From assembly GCF_000219355.1 (NCBI RefSeq), contig NC_015722.1:960001-992000 (forward strand): a stretch of 32,000 nt of DNA, given 5' to 3'. The notes below the pieces were generated by a model. The model was not told the origin of the DNA and did no database searches. It saw only the letters and a list, made by a program, of their open reading frames with translations. Shown one piece after another: positions 17,667 to 28,815 of the stretch. Origin of the DNA: Candidatus Midichloria mitochondrii IricVA (GTDB taxonomy: Bacteria; Pseudomonadota; Alphaproteobacteria; Rickettsiales; Midichloriaceae). The stretch's first letter is position 1. Each line of letters begins with the position of its first letter. Position numbers and translations under genes: made by a program.

Positions 17667-19655
17667 TTATAAACTCGTCAGATCCATTTCTAGCTCTTTT
17701 ATTTCGTCTCTAATCTTGGCTGCGGCTTCAAAATTTAAAGCTTGGGCCTCCGTTACCATTTGCTTACGTAATTTCTCTATATATCTTTCTAAGTCTGCCT
17801 TACTTAAGTGTGTTTTACCTTTAACCTCAACTTGTTCATTGCCCTCCATAGCGTTTATCGCCTCCTCTAAAGCGTTACTTATAGATTTAATTATGGTCCT
17901 AGGCACGATATTATGCTCCTTATTATATTCTTCCTGAATTTTTCTACGTCTATTAGTTTCATCAATTGCCCTCTTTAGTGATCCAGTCATTTTATCTGCA
18001 TATAATATAACTCGACCATTAATATTTCTTGCAGCACGCCCTATTGTTTGAATCAACGAAGTTTCAGAACGCAAGAATCCCTCTTTATCAGCATTCAAAA
18101 TCGCAACTAAAGCACATTCTGGGATATCAAGACCTTCTCTCAAAAGATTTACCCCAACAAGCACGTCATACACCCCTTCTCTCAGTTTCTTTATAATCTC
18201 AACTCTTTCTAATGTTTCAACATAAGAATGTAGGTAAACCGCCTTAACATCTATATCGGTCAAATAACCTGTTAAATCTTCAGCCATCTTTTTGGTAAGG
18301 GTCGTGACTAAAACTCGGCCTGAATTTGAAGTTACATCCTTACATTCATTTAATAAGTCATCTACTTGAACTTCAACTGGCCGTATAATACAAATTGGAT
18401 CAAGTAATCCAGTTGGCCTTATAATCTGTTCAACGTATTTTCCATTTGTCATTGTAAGCTCCATAGGACCAGGAGTTGCAGAGACAAATATAGTTTGTGG
18501 CCGCATTGCGTCCCATTCCTCAAACCTTAAAGGTCTATTATCAAGCGCTGACGGCAACCTAAAACCATAATTAACCAAAACTTCTTTCCTTGCTCTATCG
18601 CCGTTAAACATTCCTCTTATCTGTGGAGTTGTCACATGGCTCTCATCAACGATCAGTAGAGCATCATGCGACAAATATTCAAATAGAGTAGGAGGCGGCT
18701 CTCCAGCCTTTCTACCTGAAAGATAACGCGAATAGTTTTCTATTCCTTTACAACTTCCAGATTGTTCAATCATCTCCAAATCTAAATTTACTCTCTGCTC
18801 TAATCTTTGAGCCTCAACAAGCAAATTGTTTTCCTTAAAGTATTCAACTCTTTGATCTTTTTCAGTTCTTATTCCATTAATGGCCTGCAATAAAGTAAGC
18901 CTAGGAGTTATATAGTGACTATTTGCAAATATAATTATTTCCCGCAATTGCTGTATTTTATTACCGGTTAAGACATCAAATTCATAGATTTTTTCTGTAT
19001 CATTGCCAAAAAAGCTTATTTTCCAGGCTCTATCTTGATAGTGCGATGGGAATATATCAACTACATCGCCCCTCATTCGAAATGTGCCTCTAGTAAACTT
19101 CACATCATTTCTTTCATATTGCAGCTCAACCAATTTTTCTGCTAAAGACGAACGACTGAGTTTTTCTCCAGTCTTAATTGAAAAAGTCATCCGCAAATAT
19201 AATTCAGGAGATCCAAGACCATAAATACAGGAAATAGAAGAAACCACTATAACATCTTTTCTCTCGAGTAATGCCCTGGTTGCAGAGTGCCTGAGCAAAT
19301 CAAGCTTATCATTTATACTAGAGTCTTTTTCTATATATAAATCAGCCCTAGGTATATAGGCTTCTGGTTGGTAATAATCATAGTAAGAAACAAAATATTC
19401 AACTGCATTATTTGGAAAAAATTTTTTCATTTCGCTATATAATTGGGCAGCCAAAGTCTTATTATGCGCCATAACGAGGGTTGGCTTTTCATATTTTGCA
19501 ATTACATTTGCCATGGTAAAAGTTTTACCAGAGCCGGTCACTCCAAGTAAAATTTGGTTTTTTTCTCCGTTCCTTAATCCGTTGAGAAGTCTCTCTACGG
19601 CCGCTGGCTGATCTCCAGAAGGCTGATATTCAAAATTAAGGTTAAATAACGCCAC
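17667..19655 (-). CDS. uvrB: excinuclease ABC subunit B
   Basis: 662 aa. '[14 protein letters not shown]', Walker A '[10 protein letters not shown]', 'VDESHVT', helicase motifs, and the C-terminal UVR domain '[16 protein letters not shown]'. GTG start with an in-frame TAA two codons upstream. Confidence 0.97.
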   Translation of the reverse strand: MALFNLNFEYQPSGDQPAAVERLLNGLRNGEKNQILLGVTGSGKTFTMANVIAKYEKPTLVMAHNKTLAAQLYSEMKKFFPNNAVEYFVSYYDYYQPEAYIPRADLYIEKDSSINDKLDLLRHSATRALLERKDVIVVSSISCIYGLGSPELYLRMTFSIKTGEKLSRSSLAEKLVELQYERNDVKFTRGTFRMRGDVVDIFPSHYQDRAWKISFFGNDTEKIYEFDVLTGNKIQQLREIIIFANSHYITPRLTLLQAINGIRTEKDQRVEYFKENNLLVEAQRLEQRVNLDLEMIEQSGSCKGIENYSRYLSGRKAGEPPPTLFEYLSHDALLIVDESHVTTPQIRGMFNGDRARKEVLVNYGFRLPSALDNRPLRFEEWDAMRPQTIFVSATPGPMELTMTNGKYVEQIIRPTGLLDPICIIRPVEVQVDDLLNECKDVTSNSGRVLVTTLTKKMAEDLTGYLTDIDVKAVYLHSYVETLERVEIIKKLREGVYDVLVGVNLLREGLDIPECALVAILNADKEGFLRSETSLIQTIGRAARNINGRVILYADKMTGSLKRAIDETNRRRKIQEEYNKEHNIVPRTIIKSISNALEEAINAMEGNEQVEVKGKTHLSKADLERYIEKLRKQMVTEAQALNFEAAAKIRDEIKELEMDLTSL

Positions 19656-19789
19656 TACTTAATCAGATCTACCGTTTCAGAAGCTAATTTTTCTTTTGGT
19701 TTTAAATCTAAGTTTGCAATTTGTATAATTGTAAACGCCAAAACGCCTGTAATAACTAGTATCACCGATATTAATGTTTTATTTTTCAT
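19655..19789 (-). CDS. 44-aa predicted single-pass membrane peptide, stop overlapping the uvrB start
   Basis: Below the ORF-track size cutoff. The ATG at 19789 gives '[44 protein letters not shown]', with a hydrophobic helix at residues 5-24. Its TAG overlaps the uvrB GTG (TAGTG). uvrB has no SD of its own, which is consistent with translational coupling. Confidence 0.35.
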   Translation of the reverse strand: MKNKTLISVILVITGVLAFTIIQIANLDLKPKEKLASETVDLIK

Positions 19790-19878
19790 AAAAAGATTAC
19801 ATAAGCTTTAAAAAATCGCATTGCAACATACACTGGATTATGCAATTTTCATACTCTTAAAGCAATTATAATTTTTGT

Positions 19879-22254
19879 ATGAATCTCTTAATAGTAGAAT
19901 CGCCAGCAAAGGCTAAAACCATAGGCAAATATCTGGGCCCCAGTTATAAAGTTATATCTTCTTATGGACACGTCAGAGCATTACCTTCAGAAGAAGGAGC
20001 AGTCGACCCTGAGCACGATTTCGCAATGCGTTACGAAATCCCCCCAAAAGCTGCAAAGCAGATTGCAGCAATTGTGGCTGAAGCTAAACACTCCGACCAT
20101 ATATACCTGGCAACCGACCCAGACCGAGAAGGAGAAGCTATATCCTGGCACGTCCTAGAAATCCTTAAGCAAAAAAAAGCTATAAAAAACTCTACCAAAG
20201 TCTATAGGGCAGTCTTTCATGAAATAACTAAAAAAGCAATAGCGGATTCATTAAAAACCCCTAGAGATCTCAATAATGATCTCGTTAGCGCTCAAAAAAC
20301 AAGACAAGGCTTAGACTATTTAGTTGGTTTTACACTGTCCCCAGTATTATGGAGAAAGCTGCCTGGTAGCAGGTCTGCTGGTCGTGTTCAATCAGTTGCT
20401 CTTAGAATGATATGCGAAAGAGAAGCTGAAATAGAAAGTTTTAAGAGTCAAGAATATTGGAGCATTCATGGACGTTTTTCTACCGAAAAAGGGGAGGAAT
20501 TTGATAGTACCTTAATAGAATTTCAGGGCAAAAAACTCGAAAAATTTACTACAGTAAATGAAGCTCAAGCTGCTGACGTAATCTCCAAAATTAAGGATAA
20601 TAGCTTTAGTGTAAAAAGAGTCGAAAAGAAAAAAGTTAATAGAAATCCTCAGGCTCCTTTCTCCACCTCAACTATGATTCAAGAAGCATCAAGAAAGTTA
20701 GGGTTTTCTGCTAAAAAAACTGCACAAATTGCTCAAAAATTATATGAAGGTATTAACATAAATGGCGAGTTAACTGGTCTGATAACCTATATGAGAACAG
20801 ATAGCACTAGTATTTCAGCAGAGGCTACAAAAGCTGCAAGTGAACTAATCACTAAAATATACGGTAGCAATTATTTACCCCCTTCTCCAAGAGTTTACAA
20901 GACCAAAACCAAGAACGCGCAAGAAGCTCATGAGGCAATTAGGCCCACAGATGTATTTAAAAAACCTGAAAGCATCAAAAGCTTTTTAGAAGAAGACCAA
21001 TTTAAACTATATGAATTGATATGGAACAGGCTGGTTGCAAGCCAGATGGCTAGCGCGATTTTGGATGTTATGACCGTAGATATCGCTGATGATCAAGGAA
21101 ACACATTTAGAGCCACCGGATCATCCATTGCGTTCTCTGGTTTTTACAAAGTTTATCGAGAAGGTATTGATGATGCTGATGAAGAAAAAGATAGGATCTT
21201 ACCAATCTTAAAAGAAAAAGAATTATTAAAATTATTAGAAGCAATAAAAGAGCAACACTTTACCCAACCCCCTCCGCGCTATACAGAAGCTAGTTTGGTA
21301 AAAAGAATGGAAGAGCTAGGTATTGGCAGGCCTTCTACATATCCTACAATCATCTCAATTCTTCAAGATAGAAAATATGTTATTTTTGAGAAGAAACGGT
21401 TTATACCAGAGCCCAGGGGCAGATTAGTAAATACCTTTTTAACTTTGTTTTTTAATCAATACGTAGAATACGGCTTCACAGCTAATTTAGAGGAGCAGCT
21501 TGATGAAATTGCCGCTGGCAAAGTTATATGGAAAAAAGTCATGAAAGATTTTTGGTATCCCTTCAAAAATAAAACTGATGAGGTTTTATCCATAAAAACT
21601 TCAGAAATATTAGCCAAAATGGAAGAGCAATTATTAAACTACTTATTCCACAAAGAAATTCTGCAGGATAGTAAATCTATCGAAGAAGTACTTAAATGTA
21701 GCAAATGCGTTACCGGAAAACTGCAGTTAAAAAACGGACGTTTTGGGTCATTTCTAGCCTGCTCTAATTATCCAAACTGTAATTATACCAAAGCAATCGG
21801 TTCAAATGATAACAACATGCAAGATACTTGTAACGAGCCAGCGGTCGCCGACTTGCCAAAAGTTCTCGGCACTGATCCCAATACTAAAGAAGAAGTTTCA
21901 ATTAGAAAGGGGCCGTATGGATTTTATGTCCAACGAGGAGAGGGCAAAAAAGTTAAAAGAACAGGCTTACCTAAGGATTTGAATTATCAGAATATAGATT
22001 TGAATTATGCTATTGGTTTGTTGAACATGCCAAGAGAACTCGGACTTGACCAAGAGGGAGTATTAATAAGGGCTGGTGCTGGAAAATTTGGCCCTTATTT
22101 AGAGCGAAGTGGTAAATATATTTCATTACGAACGGCTCGAATAGATCCAGTTTTGATCACCCTTGAAGAAGCCCTTGGCATAATTAAAAAAAGTTCGTCC
22201 GATAAAAAGGATAAGAGTTCTCAGGGGAAAAGGTCTGCAAAGGCTACTATTTAA
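19879..22254 (+). CDS. topA: DNA topoisomerase I
   Basis: 791 aa. Toprim 'LLIVESPAKAKTIGKYLG' and 'DPDREGEAISWH'. Catalytic Tyr region 'ITYMRTDSTSIS'. One C4 zinc ribbon 'CSKCVTGK...CSNYPNCNY', and a Lys-rich C-terminal tail. Confidence 0.97.
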   Translation: MNLLIVESPAKAKTIGKYLGPSYKVISSYGHVRALPSEEGAVDPEHDFAMRYEIPPKAAKQIAAIVAEAKHSDHIYLATDPDREGEAISWHVLEILKQKKAIKNSTKVYRAVFHEITKKAIADSLKTPRDLNNDLVSAQKTRQGLDYLVGFTLSPVLWRKLPGSRSAGRVQSVALRMICEREAEIESFKSQEYWSIHGRFSTEKGEEFDSTLIEFQGKKLEKFTTVNEAQAADVISKIKDNSFSVKRVEKKKVNRNPQAPFSTSTMIQEASRKLGFSAKKTAQIAQKLYEGININGELTGLITYMRTDSTSISAEATKAASELITKIYGSNYLPPSPRVYKTKTKNAQEAHEAIRPTDVFKKPESIKSFLEEDQFKLYELIWNRLVASQMASAILDVMTVDIADDQGNTFRATGSSIAFSGFYKVYREGIDDADEEKDRILPILKEKELLKLLEAIKEQHFTQPPPRYTEASLVKRMEELGIGRPSTYPTIISILQDRKYVIFEKKRFIPEPRGRLVNTFLTLFFNQYVEYGFTANLEEQLDEIAAGKVIWKKVMKDFWYPFKNKTDEVLSIKTSEILAKMEEQLLNYLFHKEILQDSKSIEEVLKCSKCVTGKLQLKNGRFGSFLACSNYPNCNYTKAIGSNDNNMQDTCNEPAVADLPKVLGTDPNTKEEVSIRKGPYGFYVQRGEGKKVKRTGLPKDLNYQNIDLNYAIGLLNMPRELGLDQEGVLIRAGAGKFGPYLERSGKYISLRTARIDPVLITLEEALGIIKKSSSDKKDKSSQGKRSAKATI

Positions 22255-22353
22255 GATTTTGAAGGTAAGAAGTACACTTTTTATACCACTCTATTCTTTC
22301 AGTTCTTCATGTTAAAGAAGAATACTGCATAAATGAAGAATTGGAAAATACTA

Positions 22354-23165
22354 GGCATTGCCTAATATTTATAGATAGGAGTTTCAAATCCAGCAGATGC
22401 CTATGGAAGAAGAGGTTAAGAATAGTGCAAAGCATCCTCAGGAATTTGCTATAGCGCTTCGTTCTTCGATTAAAACTAGCTAGATAATGCCTCTTAAAGA
22501 ATTCTTTGATTCTACCACAATGATGTCCCAGCCTTTGTTTTGTGATGGTGCACGGAGATTTTGTAGTATTCATAAACGCTGTAATCATCTGTACATGCTC
22601 ATTTATAACGTTCCTCAAAGCCTAAATGACAGGTTCAGGTGGGTTGCCTTGCTCCCGTCACCTACCTTCCAAAATCAATAATTTCACCCGCTCCTCTATC
22701 AACTGCAATCAATATAAAGGTGTACCCCACTTCCATTCTTTAGTCTTTTTTTATATATGTGCACAGCTCCTCAATCTCTAGGACCTCGATATCCTTAAGT
22801 GACTTTGTGCTGTTGCAGCTCTTATCTAACTTTTCTTGCACATAGCGTCCCCCCGTCCTTCGATCCATGAAGATATTTGGCTGTTATGGATTCCAGTCAG
22901 TCTCTCTATCATCCTAATCCCACAGTCCTCAAGGTTAGGTTTTAAGTCTATCATTCATAGTGTATTCTGCCGCTTATCACCTTCTCGGGTAATTCTTTTT
23001 GCAATTCTTGTACCTATTTACCTCTTGCTGTCCCTATACCACGCCATTCTTCACCTGCTCGCTGGAGCCGCAATATTTACACTTGATTGTCATTTCCTAC
23101 TTCACCCATTCTACTATGAAGATATCATACCATCTTGTTGCCGTCTATAATTACCGGGCATTGCC
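22354..23165 (-). mobile_element. IS1-family insertion sequence, degenerate copy B (transposase pseudogene)
   Basis: 812 bp, same orientation and same termini as copy A, about 95% identical by eye (roughly 35-40 substitutions/indels). The minus-strand C-terminal fragment 'HYLASFNRRTKRYSKFLRML' (ORF 22307-22618) matches the IS1 InsB C-terminus pattern. It carries additional private stops, for example 'IKKD*RMEVGY'. Confidence 0.8.
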
Positions 23166-23619
23166 TAAAAATATACCCTCTAATAACGAGGCTCGCTGCT
23201 TCTTTGCTTTGGGGAGAGTATAAGAAGGCGGCCCTTTATGTATACTTTCGCATCCCAATCCCTCTGGATGCGCCAATTATCTCTTTTGAAGGGGGTTTAG
23301 AGAACAGTATAAATTTTTACAGCTATAAGCCAAGCTATCCAAATTAAAGAAGGGTTTTGCTTTATCCTACTGAACTTCTTATCCTCGATTTTCAACACTT
23401 ATATGTGCCAAAGGGTTACCCTCTTCACTTTTAAAAGCAATTCGGTTTCTAAATTTAGTACCTTTTTTCTGGTACTCTAACTACATCTTTAACACAGGCT
23501 GCACCTATCCTCATAGAGAAAGTATTTTAATTTAAATACAAAATGTAGAAAATGAGCGACCTAGTGGCGCGTAGTCAAATTATAAAGACCAAGGCTATAG
23601 CCGGAGCATATCACTTTAC

Positions 23620-24069
23620 TTAACGCTTATTTATAAAAAAATCTTTTAACAGCTTGCTACACCTTCTTTCTTCAATGCCGCCATAGTATTCCGGCTTATG
23701 ATGGGTGCTACTATGCGCAAATATACAAGGGCCATGATCTACTCCACCGGTTTTAGGATCATAGGCGCCGAAATATAATCGTCTTATACGCGCCAAAGAT
23801 ATGGCATAAGCACACATCGCGCAGGGCTCTAAAGTAACATATAGATCACATTCAGTTAAATATCTCGTTTGTAATTTGTGACTAGCTTCGCGTAATGCTA
23901 AAATTTCGGCATGTGCAGTTATATCCATATCGCTTATGGATAAATTATGTACTTTAGTAATAATTTGCTCGCCGCATACTATAACCGCGCCAACAGGCAC
24001 CTCTGCAGTGTCAAAAGCTTTTCTAGCTTCATTAATTGCATACTGCATAAAGTGGTTAGAGTGTATCAT
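23620..24069 (-). CDS. tadA: tRNA-specific adenosine deaminase
   Basis: 149 aa. Zinc-binding CDA motifs 'HAEILALREA' and 'LEPCAMCAYAI'. Confidence 0.9.
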   Translation of the reverse strand: MIHSNHFMQYAINEARKAFDTAEVPVGAVIVCGEQIITKVHNLSISDMDITAHAEILALREASHKLQTRYLTECDLYVTLEPCAMCAYAISLARIRRLYFGAYDPKTGGVDHGPCIFAHSSTHHKPEYYGGIEERRCSKLLKDFFINKR

Positions 24070-24082
24070 GTTAAAGGTGATA

Positions 24083-25040
24083 CTATTCTTTTGGTATTAA
24101 GTTTTTGCGAAAATCCGCAGAATAAATACCGATAGTTTTTGCTAACATCTTTAGAGCTTCTTCTTTAGGCCTTTGAAAGGTATTTCTGCCTATTATAGAA
24201 CCAGTCCCGCCACCATTTTTAATTGCTTTAATTTCCTCAAAAAGTTCTTCATTATCCTTAGATGCCCCGCCTGAAAAAAAGCACCATTCTTTTACCTGCA
24301 AAAGCAGAACTCATTATATGATGTACCCTTTCAGCCAATAATTTGACTTTGATACTGTTTTTCTCGTAAACCCCTTTGTTTTCGCTTAACTCTAAGTCGC
24401 TAGAGGGCAATTTAACTTTGATGATATGAGCCCCAATTAAAGCCGCAATATGTGCAGCATAAGCGATCACATCAATAGCTGTTTCTCCTTTTTTGGAGAT
24501 ACCTCTTCCTCTTGGATAGGACCAAATCACAATGGCAAGACCATTTCGTTTTGCTTCAAGAGAAATTTTTTGAATTTCTTCTATCATATCATTCGCTCTA
24601 TCAGATCCTGGATAAATCGTAAAGCCAATTGCGGAACATCCTAACCTTAAGGCATCTTCGACTGAAGCAGTGACTGCTTGATCATAGTCAGAAGAATTAG
24701 CGGATAAAGAATTAGAGCTATTAATTTTTAATATGAATGGAATTTCACCAGCGTATTTAGCAGCAACAACCTCAAGCATACCAAGGGGTGCTGCATAGGC
24801 ACTTAAACCAGCTTCTAGAGCAAGACTTATATGATATTCAGGATCATAAGCATGTTTATTCATAGAAAAACTTTTAGCAGGGCCATGCTCAAATCCTTGA
24901 TCTACTGGTAAAATTACTAGATGACCAGTCCCAGCAAGCTTACCATGATTCAGTATTTTGACCAGATTACTTCTAACGCCAGGATTATCACTGTCATAAT
25001 AAGAAATAATTTCTTTTATCTTGGAATTCATACGTACCAT
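24083..25040 (-). pseudogene. fbaB: class I fructose-bisphosphate aldolase (DhnA/FbaB-type), single frameshift in a homopolymer
   Basis: Two overlapping ORFs (24258-25040 and 24083-24301). 'LVILPVDQGFEHGP' and 'IIKVKLP' (Schiff-base Lys region) are FbaB-like. Removing one base from the A7 run at 24274-24280 (T7 on the coding strand) joins '...AGKRMVLF' to 'SGGASKDNEELFEEIKAIKNGGGTGSIIGRNTFQR'. Confidence 0.8.
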
Positions 25041-25048
25041 GACCTTTG

Positions 25049-25537
25049 CTACCTGTATTTCATTTCTTTAACAATATTATAAGATATAGCTTTTTCCCAC
25101 CTATCTCCGTTATCTAGTAATTTATCTTTATTGTAAAAAAGCTCAACTCTAGTTTCAGCGGCAAATTCAAAGTTAGGTCCTTCCACAATGGCATCAACCG
25201 GGCACGCTTCTTGGCATAAACCGCAATAGATACATTTTGTCATGTCAATATCATACTGAGTAGTCCGTCTACTATTATCTTCTCTATTTTCTGCCATAAT
25301 AGTGATGGCCTGCGCGGGACAAACTGCTTCACATAGTTTACAAGCTATACATCTTTCTTCACCGCTTGAATAGCGCCTTAGAGCGTGCTCCCCTCTAAAC
25401 CTGTTGCTGAGAAAACCCTTTTCATAAGGATAGTTAATAGTCACTTTGCGTTTAAACATATAACGCAAAGTTAAAAGCATCCCTTGGATAATCTCAAATA
25501 GAGTAAAGGATTTTAAAAAATTACAAACTCGAGCCAT
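25049..25537 (-). CDS. nuoI: NADH-quinone oxidoreductase subunit I
   Basis: 162 aa. Two ferredoxin-type motifs, '[12 protein letters not shown]' and '[12 protein letters not shown]', with a NuoI-typical N-terminus. Confidence 0.95.
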   Translation of the reverse strand: MARVCNFLKSFTLFEIIQGMLLTLRYMFKRKVTINYPYEKGFLSNRFRGEHALRRYSSGEERCIACKLCEAVCPAQAITIMAENREDNSRRTTQYDIDMTKCIYCGLCQEACPVDAIVEGPNFEFAAETRVELFYNKDKLLDNGDRWEKAISYNIVKEMKYR

Positions 25538-25606
25538 ACACTAATTGTTAAACTATAACACTAAGTCTATTATATTAAGTTGATTAAATATAGTCTACTA
25601 CTTTCG

Positions 25607-28581
25607 TTACTTTTCAAATTTCTGACCGAGCACTAATAGACATGGAGTGAAAAATAAAGTTAAAATAGTGGCAAAACTTAAACCGCCTGCAATGGAAGCA
25701 GCCGACCGGCGCCAACGTTGACTTGAAGGAGCATTATAAGTTATCTCTCTTTCAAAAAAGAGTGAGTCCTGCAATCATCGGAATAAGGCCTAATATCGCA
25801 GTGAGTGCAGTAAGTAGAATAGGCCTCATTCTCTGGGCGCCGGTCCTAACTACTGCTTCTTCTACAGAAATTCCGCTGGGCTCTTAAGTGCTGGTAAGTA
25901 TCAACGGACAGGATGTTATTGTTAAGCACAACTCCTGCTAATGCAATAATCCCTATACTGCACACCACTATACCAAATGGTTGCCAAGAAAGAATGAGAC
26001 CTATCAAAACACCAACTGCTGATAGGAATACCGCACTCATAACTATATTGTTGATCTTTATCGTCTCCGCCATAGGTCACATTAATACCTATCATCAAGA
26101 TTTTGTTCGAGCCACTTCTTGATCTCTTTTACTTTAGTATCTGCAAGTACTCCTGGCTTAACATCTGATTTTACTGTAATAGTAATGTCTTGATTTAATC
26201 TTTTGATTTTATTGACTTGAGGTTCTGCTACTCGGTTGACAAATTGACTAATAGGGACTTTCTTGCCATCAGTTGTGACAATAATATCTAGTTCTGAAAT
26301 TAATCTTTTGGTTGCCGGATAACGTAGCAGTATATCTACTTCGTCGTTAGAGTCGTCCGCACACGGTAGGTTGATAGCTTTAGCCCACTTGTAATCAACT
26401 TCACCATATTACCAACCATTCCAACATCGACTCGATACCTTGCAACAAGCTCTCGATCAAATTTTAAACCCCATTCAATAGCAGGAATTGGTCTTGAATC
26501 TTTCCAACATCCTTGAATCCAACCATTTCAGTCATAGCGTTTCTGAAACGTTCAACAAAGGGAGGAAGCAAGTCGTAGTTATATGAAGAGAAATTTATTT
26601 CAATTGGTTTCTGTGAGGGTGGGCCTTTCCTTTCTTCCAGTATTTGAAAGCTTATTTCCTTGATGTGCTCCAATCTTTCAGTTATATCAGCAAAAATTTC
26701 TACGGCTTTTCTTCTTGTTTGCCAATCTTCAAGCTCAAGTTGAACTATAGCGATGGTATCTTCAGGAAACATTCCTTTGTCATCAACTAGACAGCTTTTA
26801 GCGTAGAAGACTTTTATATCTTTCTTTAGATCAAGAATTTTAGCTTCAACGTCTTGGAGCAACTTGCCTTTTTGCGAGAGTGAGAGGTTACCAGGTGATC
26901 CTATTGAAATTGTTGCTGAAGTTGGTTCTACTTGTGGGAAAAATTCTACTCCGGTTCCTGCGATAAAAAAGAAAATATACACGCTTACTAGAAAATCACA
27001 TATGCTCGAGATAAAGAGTTTTGGCCTCTGCAAGACAATTGTTAATAATTTAATTTAACGTATTTTGCGCTTTAAACCTCTCAAGTCAGCAAGATCACCT
27101 TCCTTCGGCTGCGCGCATGCTTTAACTGCTTCTTCATCTTCAGTTTTAGAATGTCCTAAAATTGGGCCTAGGGCTGGCTGAAAGTAGAGAGCGAATATCA
27201 AAGAATTGCTTAAAATAGCGATTACTGTAATTGGCATAAATTTCACGAACTGACCAATAACTCCTGGCCAGAATAGAAGGGGCATAAATACAACAATTTT
27301 TACGAGTGTTGAAGTCACTATACATTCTAGTTGCTGCTTCCAGAAAAGGCTATTTGCAGTTCATGGCCATCGGCCATTTTTCTATCCGCATATTCACTTA
27401 CAACTATTGCATCATCAACTATCATGCCAACGGTTAGTATGAGGCTAAACAATACAACTATGTTGAGGGTGAGGCTAATAAAATTCCAACTAAGAATGAA
27501 GCAGGAAGTGACAAAGTAACTAATAAGGCCCCGCGAACCTACCCCGCTGATAAAACGATGACTATCATAACCAAAATTCCAGCTAAGATGATGCTATTTT
27601 CTAAATCTGCAATCATTTCGTTGATTTGATCAGACTGATCTTGAGAATACATAATTTCAATAGATGCCGGCAAAAATTTTGAATTTTCTTTGATCATTTC
27701 CTTAACTGCAGCCACTAAATGATATTTGCTTCACTTCTTTTAGAGATCTCTAACACCACTGCTGATTTACCGTTTACTCTTGCAATAGTTTGCGCATCTT
27801 TAAAAGTTTTTTCACTGTTGCAATATTTTCAAGCCTTAGTATTCCACTCTTGCTCGCTTTAATTGGAAAGGAGAGAAATTCGTTTATGTTTTTAACCAGG
27901 CTTGGTATTTTTATTGCATACTCTCCCCCTTCTGTTTTTAAAGTTCCAGCAGGAACTAACGCATTGTTAGAAGCAATGATCTGTGCAATTAAATCAATCG
28001 CAACTCCATATCTCTCAAGTGTTGCCGGCTCAATGATAACTTCGATTGCATTTTTTTCTCCCCTATATTAACTTCTAAAACACCTTTGACTCCTTCTATC
28101 TTGTCTTTTAAGTCTCTTGCTAAGGTAACTAAACTCCTTTCATCGACATCTCCTGTAACCATTACGTTTAATACTGGCTCTAAACTTAGGTTTATTTAAT
28201 TCACAGTCGGGGTATCACAGCATCTTTTGGCAGAGTTTGGTTAAAAGTAGTATCGCCAACTTTATCTCCTACACCTCTTAAAGCTCTATCACTATCAAAC
28301 CCTGCATTGAATTCAAGTATTACATTAGCACTGCCCTCTTGGACGTAAGAGGTCATCTTTGTGATACAAACAACAGATCTTAAGGCGTTTTCCATAGGCC
28401 GCAGTAGCAATCTTTGCCCATCTTCTGGAGAAATGCCCACATATTGCATTAAAACATATATCATCGGTATTGCTTCCTTTAGGTATTTGAGTGTACGCTA
28501 AATAGCCCAATAACACACGATGAATAGGAATAAGATAGTTGCTCTCCTGCGATCTACAAACGCGTTAACTAACTTCCCCAT
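25607..28581 (-). pseudogene. RND efflux transporter (AcrB/AcrD/AcrF family), heavily fragmented
   Basis: The ATG at 28581 gives 'MGKLVNAFVDRRRATILFLF..', which hits a stop after 27 codons. Fragments in all three minus frames include 'GISPEDGQRLLLRPMENALRSV...NVILEFNAGFDSDRAL' (28201-28464) and the porter-domain piece at 26464-27033. TM pieces lie at 27055-27318 and 25846-26073, with a C-terminal 'ATILTLFFTPCLLVL'. About 870 bp (27331-28200) has no minus-strand ORF of 61 codons or more. Confidence 0.85.
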
Positions 28582-28815
28582 TTACCACTCTTTTCTTTCA
28601 CTTTTAGAGAAATTATATATCAATCTTTCTAAGGGGTTGTAGTCTTCATATTTTTTATTTTTGGGGACTTCAATTTTATACATAGCATTTTTTGATTTAT
28701 TTAAACCCATTGCCTCTTCGAAGTCTCGTTGCATGTTAGGATTTGAAGGCATACTTTCCTTTCTTTGTAAATATCCTAAGTATATCATTAAGCCAATTGC
28801 AGCTATTGTAAGCAT
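28582..28815 (-). CDS. small membrane protein (about 77 aa) abutting the RND pseudogene start
   Basis: ORF 28582-28899. The likely start is the ATG at 28815 ('MLTIAAIGLMIYLGYLQRK...', one TM helix). Its TAA is immediately followed by the RND ATG (TAAATG). No family recognised, and it is far too short to be a membrane-fusion protein. Confidence 0.4.
   Translation of the reverse strand: MLTIAAIGLMIYLGYLQRKESMPSNPNMQRDFEEAMGLNKSKNAMYKIEVPKNKKYEDYNPLERLIYNFSKSERKEW

Noticed and set aside
5178-23165. Two same-orientation IS1 copies bracketing about 16 kb, which could be a composite transposon or excisable island
   Set aside because: The enclosed genes are core housekeeping (suhB, engB, nuoF, PBP, uvrB, topA). 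Both transposases are dead, and no target-site duplications flank the pair.
22999-23347. ORFs 22999-23223 and 23135-23347 spanning the IS1 copy B boundary
   Set aside because: They read through the IS terminus into flanking DNA. No motifs or start context, so they are chance ORFs.
25688-25702. 'GGAAGCAGCC' resembling the conserved SRP (4.5S) RNA domain IV motif
   Set aside because: Only about 10 nt match, the flanks do not fit the SRP helix, and the site lies within the RND coding remnant.
27331-28071. Plus-strand ORFs 27331-27519 and 27790-28071 (also 25913-26122 and 26864-27058)
   Set aside because: Antisense to the RND pseudogene. The hydrophobic translations are mirror images of TM-coding sequence.
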